Shown here piece by piece: positions 50,239-58,261 of a DNA stretch of 64,000 nt (its first letter is position 1; each line of letters opens with the position of its first letter). This DNA comes from Polyangia bacterium (lineage in GTDB: Bacteria > Myxococcota_A > Polyangia > JAAYKL01). The stretch is taken from NCBI GenBank assembly GCA_050287845.1, contig JBNKCR010000045.1, positions 15,233 through 79,232 on the forward strand. The letters are read 5' to 3'. Position numbers and translations under genes: made by a program. The notes under the pieces are model-generated. The model did no database searches. It saw nothing but the letters and a program-made list of their open reading frames with translations, and was not told where the DNA came from.

Positions 50239-52179
50239 ATGAATACCGAAGATAATCAGAATCGATTCTGGCAATCCACATCGCAGATGGAGATGGTACT
50301 TTCCAATCTGCATACCGGAATTTTTATTATCGACCGGGAAACACTGAAAATCCTCGAAATCAATGAAACCAGCGCCAGAATGATCGGCCTGCCGCGAAGC
50401 GAAATCGTTGGACATCGGTGCCGGGATATTCTGTGTACCGCCGAGGAAGACGCTTGTCCCACCCATAATGCCGACGAAAAAAACATCACCCGGGAATGCG
50501 CCATCCGGACCGCGGAGGGCGCGCTCATTCCGGTGATGAAATCCATCTCTGCGCTTTCGCTGAACGGTCATGACTGCGTCCTCGAAACCATCATGGACAT
50601 CAGTGCCCAGAAGGCCGTTGAAAACCGACTGCGGGAAGAACGGAAACGGGTGGAACAGCTGGCTCGGGAGGCGGCGGAGGCAAGTCGTGCCAAATCTGAA
50701 TTTCTGGCCAATATCAGCCATGAGCTGCGCACACCGCTCAACGGGATGGTGGGAATGGCCAGTCTCCTGCGGGAAACAGAGCTCACGTCAGATCAGGAAT
50801 GCTATACAGATACCATGTTTGTCTGTGCCGAATCGTTGTGCAAGCTGGTCAATGGTGTCCTCGATTATTCAGATCTTGAAGCCGGGCAGATTGCACTGAC
50901 CAGCAGACGCTTCAATCCGACCCATCTGCTTCGCAACGTTATGGAACTCATCAGAGAAACTGCCGAGAGGAAAAACCTGACCCTGAAAACGATCATTGAC
51001 CCCAATGTCCCAGAGCAGATGATTGGTGATCCCGACCGACTGCAGCAGGCGCTGATGGTCATCACTGACAATGCCCTGAAATTCACCGACATCGGGTATA
51101 TTCAGCTGATGATGAAGGCGGAATCAGCGTCTCCGGGCCATATCCGGCTTTTGTTTTCGGTGATGGATACCGGCATCGGCATCCCCGCGGAAAGTCGCGA
51201 AACTATTTTTGAAAGATTCACTCAGGTGGACAGTTCGAGTACCCGGAAATATGGCGGGACCGGTCTGGGGCTGGCGACGGCCAGGGAAATTGTTCGTTTG
51301 ATGGACGGGACCATTGGTGTACGCGACAACCCCGAGGGCGGTTCGGAATTCTGGTTGGCAGTGCCCCTGCCATTATCCGACAACGCCCCCCAACCCGAAC
51401 CGCCTGAGAAAAAATCTCTGAAAGGCCACATTCTGGTGGTGGATGACAGCCACACCAACCGGGAAATGATGTCCAATGTACTGAAAAAGCTGTCCTTCGA
51501 ATGCACCACAGCGACCGGCGGCGAAGATGCAGTGGCCCTCTGCAGCACCACACGATTCGACCTGATATTCATGGACATACAGATGCCGAACATGAATGGT
51601 CTGGCCGCCACTAAAGCCATTCGCGCAGGGTTCGCCGGCCCCGACGCCGAAAATATTCCCATTGTGGCCCTGTCTGCCAACGAGCTTTTTGAAAATACCA
51701 ACTGGCGCAAGGCAGGTGTGAACCACTGTATGACCAGGCCGGTCACCCCCGACCGTCTCGCCGAGTTTCTGGATGGCTGGTATGAAAAACGCGCGCTGGT
51801 CAAATCGGTTCCCCCGGCAAAGGCACCGGTGGCGCTGCCGGGAAACCCACCCATTTTCGACAGAGCCAAACTCCTGGAAAGGCTCATGGGAGACAGTCAT
51901 ATTCTCACCACGGTGCTGGACGGATTCATCGACGATATTCCCCGCCAAATCAACCAGCTGGCCACACTGATAGAAAATGGCCAGATGGACGACGCCCGCA
52001 TCCGCGTTCACGGCATCAAAGGCGCCAGTGCAACAGTCTGCGCTGAACGGATGTCGGCCCAATGCGCGCAGATGGAACAGCTGGCGAAACAGGGCGATGA
52101 AACAGCCCTTGCTCTGGGAGTCATCGAACTGAGAACCCTGTTTTACGAGTTGAAAAACGAAACGGCACAAAAAAGTTAA
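50239..52179 (+). CDS. Hybrid histidine kinase PAS-HisKA-HATPase-REC-Hpt
   Basis: FLANISHELRTPLNG, NALKFT, DTGIGI, GGTGLGL, FMDIQMP, HGIKGAS. Confidence 0.93.
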   Translation: MNTEDNQNRFWQSTSQMEMVLSNLHTGIFIIDRETLKILEINETSARMIGLPRSEIVGHRCRDILCTAEEDACPTHNADEKNITRECAIRTAEGALIPVMKSISALSLNGHDCVLETIMDISAQKAVENRLREERKRVEQLAREAAEASRAKSEFLANISHELRTPLNGMVGMASLLRETELTSDQECYTDTMFVCAESLCKLVNGVLDYSDLEAGQIALTSRRFNPTHLLRNVMELIRETAERKNLTLKTIIDPNVPEQMIGDPDRLQQALMVITDNALKFTDIGYIQLMMKAESASPGHIRLLFSVMDTGIGIPAESRETIFERFTQVDSSSTRKYGGTGLGLATAREIVRLMDGTIGVRDNPEGGSEFWLAVPLPLSDNAPQPEPPEKKSLKGHILVVDDSHTNREMMSNVLKKLSFECTTATGGEDAVALCSTTRFDLIFMDIQMPNMNGLAATKAIRAGFAGPDAENIPIVALSANELFENTNWRKAGVNHCMTRPVTPDRLAEFLDGWYEKRALVKSVPPAKAPVALPGNPPIFDRAKLLERLMGDSHILTTVLDGFIDDIPRQINQLATLIENGQMDDARIRVHGIKGASATVCAERMSAQCAQMEQLAKQGDETALALGVIELRTLFYELKNETAQKS

Positions 52180-52212
52180 ATAGACCGAATGATGCCTCAG
52201 AAGCCGGTGGTA

Positions 52213-52370
52213 AGGACAGTGGTCGAAATAAAATTGCCAACATGGCATTTGCTGCGCCAGACTGGCAAGGCGCGAGAAGTGGAGCATACCGGGGTATGCG
52301 ACCGACGAGCAACGCCGTCGGGCGGGATGCAGCGGAGGCAAGGTGGCAATTTAATAATGATCAGTGTCCT
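52213..52370 (+). mobile_element. 158-bp MITE-like element, copy 1
   Basis: Imperfect terminal inverted repeats. 147/158 identical by hand alignment to the reverse complement of 63843-64000. Confidence 0.8.
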
Positions 52371-52375
52371 GAGGG

Positions 52376-52654
52376 TCAGGAGAGCGCTTTATCAAACGCA
52401 AGGTGAATCTGCTCTTCGATCTTTCCCTTCATCGCCCGAGCCAGCATTCCAAGGGTAATTTCCACCTTCACGGTGGTATCTCCCAATTCGACCATGCCCT
52501 TTTTCAGACCGGTGCCCGACAGGGTCGCCACATTTCCGCTCCAGCTGCTCTTGATGCCATACTTGCTCTTCAACTCAACCGCCAGGTGGTTCAACCGCTC
52601 TTTTGCGGTGTCCGCATCCAGATTATGATTTTTGGTAATGTTGATATCCGCCAT
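52376..52654 (-). CDS. Polyhydroxyalkanoic-acid-system (PHA_gran_rgn) family small protein
   Basis: MADINITKNHNL...L..KYG....W.G...V.VEITLG.L...MKGKIEEQI pattern. Confidence 0.8.
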   Translation of the reverse strand: MADINITKNHNLDADTAKERLNHLAVELKSKYGIKSSWSGNVATLSGTGLKKGMVELGDTTVKVEITLGMLARAMKGKIEEQIHLAFDKALS

Positions 52655-52862
52655 TTTTAATACCTCATCCGTTGCAATTTTTACGGCGACCTTACACCTT
52701 TTTCACCATTGGGAAAAGTCATTATGTGAACCCGGAGTCGTTGCCGCGCAACCGTTGCATTCATTCCCTTCTGGTGGAAAAATCAATTCCGAACAGATTG
52801 TACAGCCTTATCCAGTGATATTGGCAGTGACCGTACACGCAGCGGGACGATTCCCGGACCGG

Positions 52863-54587
52863 TCAGATTCGAATCAATGACAATGCCTGACGCAGGGGCG
52901 TCACCCCCGCGTCTTTTGTTCCCCTGCGATTGCGAAACACAATCACTTCCTGCTCCAAATCCGGAGTCAGGTGATGTTCCACAGCATGGGGACAGGCCGC
53001 CAGCTTTCTGGCCGTTTCAGAACCCGGTGCCACTTTGAGCACGGCCACCTTGCGTATCCGATAATGGGTCTGCGTTTTCACGATTTCGGTGCCGATTTCC
53101 AGACTGTTCAACTCACCGGACATCAACTGCACCCGCAATCTGACTTCCAGAGGACCACTGTCATCCTCCCGCAACCAGTATTGCACCTTCGCGTCCGGAA
53201 CCATTTTACTCACCAGCCGGGAAATTCCTTTTCGCCAGCGCTTCAGCACGTCAAAGCTCTCCACTGTGGGATCCACCGGGAGCTCACTTCGGAAGTAAAA
53301 AAACCAGATGGGCAACACCCATATCAGCGCGGAAATTGTCGACGCGAAAGCCACATCCGGCCAAATCGAATACAGCATCCAGATACCAGCGGCCGAAACA
53401 GACATCGCGGCAATGAATATAAGGGCGCCCCCGGGATGGGATACATCGAGCAACAGGGTTCGTCTGCGGCGATACACGCCATGCACCGCTTTAAGGGAAT
53501 CGAGATCATCCCCGGTGATCAGGCGCCACTTTCCCCCGGCCGCCGGCGTCAATTCCCCATTCACCCGATTCATCAGCCACAGAGAGGCCGCTACCGCAAA
53601 CGCCGGCACGGAAGCCGCAACGGAACCCGACATCTGAGCGGCAATGCCCAGCAGCACCGCAATCACCGAAAGCACAAGCCGCTGCAGGAACCCGGTATGA
53701 CCCAGCAATCTGAACGACACTTTGAAGCCGACATCCCAATGTGCCCGTTGCACCCCCCTTACTTTCCACAGCAGAAGCAACAAGCCAAGAAGCGATACAA
53801 ACAGGGGGATAAGACGGGCGGAAAACGGCGCCTTTTCGCCACCATGCATTGTTGCGGGCAGGCTTCGGTCGTCGCGTTTCTTCGCCACGGCTGTGTCCGT
53901 CCCGGCGGCTGCCGCACGGATTGTATTCTTCAGATGGACAAGGGAGCCGTCGAATTCCATCACTACCCGCATGGGATACCACTTTACGGTCCGGTATTTC
54001 TTGAATGTCACTTCGTCGGCAGTTCGCGCCTCCACATCGTAGTCTCTCATGGCTTCGTTTTCAAAATCGATGAACGGGCTCTGCCCCGGCAGTTTGATCG
54101 ATACGCTCATGGCGTCTGTGCCGTGGTCCCAGATAATCGGCGTCCAATCCAATCTGACCCGATCCCTGTATTTCGCAAGGGAGCCCGTCTTTTCGAGGGA
54201 CGTCCGGTGAACCAGCGTAAAAACCACCGCCCCCTCATGCACGGAATCCCGATTCGCCAGCAGTACCCGTTGCCGGCCATCGAACAGTTTTTTTATTTTC
54301 ACATGGGTGCGAAGGCCCCCTTCAATCCGGGCATAGCATTTCTCCGGCACCAGCTCGCTGTCACTCTGGGGGGCCAGGTCAAACCCATGAAAATATCCCG
54401 CGGACACTTCAAATCGCGCAGAAGTTTCGTATTCCGACTCTCCCGACGGGCTGATTTGCAGCACCACATCCACGTCGGTCAGCCGCGCCCGGGTCCACGC
54501 GGCGGCATCCAGCGGATACATCAGCCCGGCCCCCACCACCGCGCAGCAGGCAAAAAGTTTCATCATCCTGTTCATCTTTTCCAACAT
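52863..54587 (-). CDS. Hypothetical membrane protein
   Basis: Signal peptide, soluble N-terminal domain, about five TM segments. Confidence 0.75.
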   Translation of the reverse strand: MLEKMNRMMKLFACCAVVGAGLMYPLDAAAWTRARLTDVDVVLQISPSGESEYETSARFEVSAGYFHGFDLAPQSDSELVPEKCYARIEGGLRTHVKIKKLFDGRQRVLLANRDSVHEGAVVFTLVHRTSLEKTGSLAKYRDRVRLDWTPIIWDHGTDAMSVSIKLPGQSPFIDFENEAMRDYDVEARTADEVTFKKYRTVKWYPMRVVMEFDGSLVHLKNTIRAAAAGTDTAVAKKRDDRSLPATMHGGEKAPFSARLIPLFVSLLGLLLLLWKVRGVQRAHWDVGFKVSFRLLGHTGFLQRLVLSVIAVLLGIAAQMSGSVAASVPAFAVAASLWLMNRVNGELTPAAGGKWRLITGDDLDSLKAVHGVYRRRRTLLLDVSHPGGALIFIAAMSVSAAGIWMLYSIWPDVAFASTISALIWVLPIWFFYFRSELPVDPTVESFDVLKRWRKGISRLVSKMVPDAKVQYWLREDDSGPLEVRLRVQLMSGELNSLEIGTEIVKTQTHYRIRKVAVLKVAPGSETARKLAACPHAVEHHLTPDLEQEVIVFRNRRGTKDAGVTPLRQALSLIRI

Positions 54588-54682
54588 AGAGCCATGTTAT
54601 TATTATAAAATTTTGAAAGTCAAATTTTGTGCCCGTGAACACGGGAGGCGGATGGGAACCCAACGAATAGCGCGGTACAACG

Positions 54683-55744
54683 CTACGGGGCTGTGCGTTC
54701 CAGGGTCTCCATAAGCCAGGTGAATGCCGGCCTCGGTTCGTCATCCACAAGAAGTCCACTGTAGGGCGCATCTTCCGGTGTTTCGCCATAAATCCATCCG
54801 TGAATTGTCACACCGGCAATAAATTCCGTCTCCAGAAAAAATGACATCTGCGCCTGATACGTTTCCAGCTGTTCGTTGTCATCCTCTGTGCTGATGCCAT
54901 ATTCTGAAATGTACACCGGCAGCCCAACATCGAGGCTGAGTTTGGTTAAGAATGCCTTTACAAAATCGGTGTTAGATGCATTGAACCCCCGCGCCGATAC
55001 CCCCACCGCGTCAATGGGCGCATCGGCAAAACGGAGGGTCTGAACGATGTTGGTAAAATGCCCGGCGTGCGCCGCATCCTCTACATTGTTATAATCATTC
55101 AGAATCAATACAGATTCCGGGCATGCATCCCGGGCCCACTTGAAGGCGTTAATCACCCACGTCCATTCCCCATCCGTGCCACCGCCAATATTGTCGGCAA
55201 ACGCAGGCTCCGTATGAGGGGGCGGTTCGTTGACCACTTCAATCAGCGCGGTGTGGGCGTACCGGTCGCAGAAATCGGTCATCCAGTTTTTCACATCAGC
55301 CTCCTGAATATCCGATGCACCTTCAGGACTGTGCCCCCCCCATAGGAAAGCGTGTTGTTTGAAAAAAATCTTCTCGTCCTCGGCATAGGCATAAATCTGA
55401 TCGAGCACGTCCCACTGCCGTTCGTCCCCCAGTTGTGCCTCAACCACGCCCCACTTTCCCGCGTGTTCCGGTGTAATCTGATCCCAGTAATCCGCGAACT
55501 TCCGTTCCTCCCAATCCACCTTGCCACTCGGGGATGTGGTGAAATTGCCGACAAACTTTTTCAATTCCGGCATGTCCCCGTCGCTGTCGGTATCTGTATC
55601 CGTATCTGTATCGGAATCCGAATCCGAATCACTATCGCTGTCTGTATTCGACGCTGTGCCACTATCATCTCCACAGGCAACGAATACCAAACCAACAACT
55701 GTCAATGTGAAAATCCAAACCAGAATCCAAAGAAGATGCTTCAT
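54683..55744 (-). CDS. GH10 endo-xylanase-like lipoprotein
   Basis: Lipobox VAC, SD/TD linker, ITPE..GKW, HAFLWG, VVNEP, ILNDYN, ISEYG. Confidence 0.85.
   Translation of the reverse strand: MKHLLWILVWIFTLTVVGLVFVACGDDSGTASNTDSDSDSDSDSDTDTDTDTDSDGDMPELKKFVGNFTTSPSGKVDWEERKFADYWDQITPEHAGKWGVVEAQLGDERQWDVLDQIYAYAEDEKIFFKQHAFLWGGHSPEGASDIQEADVKNWMTDFCDRYAHTALIEVVNEPPPHTEPAFADNIGGGTDGEWTWVINAFKWARDACPESVLILNDYNNVEDAAHAGHFTNIVQTLRFADAPIDAVGVSARGFNASNTDFVKAFLTKLSLDVGLPVYISEYGISTEDDNEQLETYQAQMSFFLETEFIAGVTIHGWIYGETPEDAPYSGLLVDDEPRPAFTWLMETLERTAP
55582..55645 (-). repeat. Ser-Asp/Thr-Asp low-complexity hexamer repeat in the GH10 linker
   Basis: Encodes DSDSDSDSDSDTDTDTDTDSD. Confidence 0.85.
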
Positions 55745-55868
55745 CGAAAAAAAACTCCCTACTACTGAAGACCCGAACCGAAAATGAAACCACTTTACAC
55801 TTCCCGTGACAACCGGGTTTTGACATTAACAGTAGACATAACAACACGTTCCGGGTGAAGAATTCAGC

Positions 55869-55965
55869 AAGAACAGTAATCGAAATTAAATTGCCAGGTT
55901 TGTATTCGCTGCGCCGGACAAACTGCGTTACTCGCCGGTTGGACAGAACCCCGTTGTTCCCTCCA
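55869..55965. mobile_element. Decayed partial copy of the MITE-like element
   Basis: AAGAACAGTAATCGAAATTAAATTGCCA...GCTGCGCCGGAC matches the element arm. The following bases resemble its core. Confidence 0.6.
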
Positions 55966-56064
55966 ACCCGATTTTCGAATTTCCTGCAGGCAGCGCTGGA
56001 CAATATCTGTTCCGCCTGCACATTTATTCATCAAGTCAACGAATCTGCCATGCATTGAGGTGTT

Positions 56065-56484
56065 GTGTTTTTCAGACGCGCCAGAAAATCGATCAATCCC
56101 CGGAAACAGGAAGCCGTCGTGCTGATGTTCTTCATGGTCTCGTTTTTAATCTACGGCGCGATGAGCCTCTGGTATTTCGCCCACCCACAGACCGATCCGC
56201 TGGTTCCGCATGCCCGGAATTCATCCGCCGCCACAACAGCGCTGGTCATCGGGTTTCTGCTGTACGGACTGGTACTCCTTTTTTTGCGGCGCCGCCTTGC
56301 GGGAAAAATTCTGGGAGGCACCATTTTCGCTGAATCCGCGGTTGTTCTTGTCCGAAATCTGTTGTTGCAGGACGTGGCCATTCAGACCCTTCGCCTCTCC
56401 GGCGCCATTGAAGGTCTGGTCTGTTTCGCCATTTTCGCCGGTTTGCTGGCAGCGGTGGGAAAGGGCGCATCTATCTGGCAATAA
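56065..56484 (+). CDS. Small membrane protein
   Basis: Four hydrophobic segments. Start uncertain. Confidence 0.55.
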   Translation: MFFRRARKSINPRKQEAVVLMFFMVSFLIYGAMSLWYFAHPQTDPLVPHARNSSAATTALVIGFLLYGLVLLFLRRRLAGKILGGTIFAESAVVLVRNLLLQDVAIQTLRLSGAIEGLVCFAIFAGLLAAVGKGASIWQ

Positions 56485-56485
56485 C

Positions 56486-57064
56486 TCAGCGTCCCTGAAG
56501 CTTTGCCATGAGGCCATACGTGATTCTACCAGTGGCCCCCCAGATCACCCTGTTGCCGAACCGAAACTGACGGTCCTGGAATACGACGCCCCGGTATTCA
56601 CGAGCTTCCAGATGCCAGTTGTTCAGACAGCGCAGTTCCGTTAGCGGGACGTCAAAAACCTCGGCTACCTCGGCTTCCTGAATCATATATTCAACCGGCG
56701 AAGTCACTATGCCCACCACCGGTGTAATCCAGAAGTCCGTAACGGTTCTCAGGCCATCCAGATACCCGATAATTTCCACATTTCGCGGGGGCAGACCGAT
56801 TTCTTCATGCGCTTCACGCAGGGCCGTCTCATCGGCGTTGCCGTCCCCGGCTTCCACCATTCCCCCGGGAAACGAAATCTGCCCCTTGTGGGTGGCCACG
56901 GTCATAGTCCGCCGGGTAAAAATAATATGCGGCATTCCGTTCTTCTCCACAAACGCCAGAAGCACCGCGGCCGGAACAAGGGACGAATCCACCGGTTGTG
57001 GCTGCGGATGAAGACACTTTTCAAGAAGACGTCGAACTGAACTCTGCATTATTGAATCATCCAT
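56486..57064 (-). CDS. Nudix CoA pyrophosphatase
   Basis: HKGQISFPGG plus Nudix box ALREAHEEIGL and IWGATG. Start reassigned to ATG 57064. Confidence 0.9.
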   Translation of the reverse strand: MDDSIMQSSVRRLLEKCLHPQPQPVDSSLVPAAVLLAFVEKNGMPHIIFTRRTMTVATHKGQISFPGGMVEAGDGNADETALREAHEEIGLPPRNVEIIGYLDGLRTVTDFWITPVVGIVTSPVEYMIQEAEVAEVFDVPLTELRCLNNWHLEAREYRGVVFQDRQFRFGNRVIWGATGRITYGLMAKLQGR

Positions 57065-57187
57065 GGGGTAAATCCTCGGAGACTCCAAAATACACGAATC
57101 GCTTTGCTTGTTGCAACCCACCGGAGTGCTATATTTCATTTTCGGGAGTTGATTGACTGGAATACGTGGTTCTTTGATTTGGAGGAG

Positions 57188-57589
57188 ATGACCGTGGTAG
57201 AGAAAAGACGATTTTCCAGAGTGCCATTTCGAAAGCTGGCTGCTGTCCGTTCAACGGATGGCACCCTCGAAATGGAAGGCGAGATCTCCAACATCAGTCT
57301 GGCGGGAATGCTCCTGGATTGCGACAACCGGATTCCGGTGGGAACAGAGGTGGATGTGGAAATCATTCTGGTGGACGGAAACCCCGAACTGGAAATCACC
57401 GTGAAAGGCAAAGTGGTGCGTGTCTCCGATGGGGGCACGGCAGTGCAATTCATGCTCAAGGGCATCCCGTTCGAATCCCTGACACACCTCCGCTATGTGG
57501 TCAGCTATAACCTTGGCGACGACGACACCGTGATGGACGAATACTTCAAACACATCGACTCCAAAGTCCCTCCCTCCGATATCAACTGA
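57188..57589 (+). CDS. PilZ domain protein
   Basis: EKRRFSRV and NISLAG c-di-GMP-binding motifs. GGAGG RBS; start 57188 or GTG 57194. Confidence 0.88.
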   Translation: MTVVEKRRFSRVPFRKLAAVRSTDGTLEMEGEISNISLAGMLLDCDNRIPVGTEVDVEIILVDGNPELEITVKGKVVRVSDGGTAVQFMLKGIPFESLTHLRYVVSYNLGDDDTVMDEYFKHIDSKVPPSDIN

Positions 57590-57610
57590 GTATTTCTCCC
57601 ATGTGGCAAA

Positions 57611-58000
57611 TCACATGGCGCATCCCATGTCGTCACCGGTGCATTCCGAACAATAGTAATTCTCTTCGCCACAGGCATCCGCCGGGATGATTTCGAAGTT
57701 ATCCTGCCCACAGGCATACGAGACATCGGTTTTGGCGCAATTATCCAGCGTAATCAGCTCCGCTTCGCAGTTCGGATGTTTTTCGTATCTGGCGATGCAA
57801 TTCTCTTCGCAGTATGCTTTGTAATCCGCGATGGCAATGCCATCAAAGCAATCCAGATCCGCGCGAAGCTGACAATGTTCATCGCAGAACGCCAGCTGAG
57901 ATTCGGGAACCGAATAGGATTCTTCATCCTCTTTGCATCCCGAAAGAATCAGGACCTGGCCCAGGGACAAACACATCCACCAGAATACGAATTTTCTCAT
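57611..58000 (-). CDS. Small Cys-rich lipoprotein
   Basis: Lipobox LSGC and about 12 further Cys in 129 aa. Confidence 0.8.
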   Translation of the reverse strand: MRKFVFWWMCLSLGQVLILSGCKEDEESYSVPESQLAFCDEHCQLRADLDCFDGIAIADYKAYCEENCIARYEKHPNCEAELITLDNCAKTDVSYACGQDNFEIIPADACGEENYYCSECTGDDMGCAM

Positions 58001-58261
58001 TTTTTTTGAATCCTTTCATTCAATCGCAGAATAAATTTCCCGCAGAGTATAAAAATAACAAATACGAATCAATGTTTTATCGACGTGTGACCAGTCATTA
58101 CAACAAATCTGTAATTTAACACTTTTTCGCGAATAAATCAGAAAACAATTAAAAAAACTCGGGCTGAACTAATGCCGAACCCGTATCGATACATCGGTTT
58201 GTTTGTTTTTTAATTTTTCAACCGAAACAGATTAATATTCCAGAATGAGGAGACGTTCCAG

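Noticed and set aside
52189..52458. Short ORFs at 52189, 55855 and 63759, some sharing RTV.EIKLP
   Set aside because: They are translations of the MITE-like repeat, not genes.
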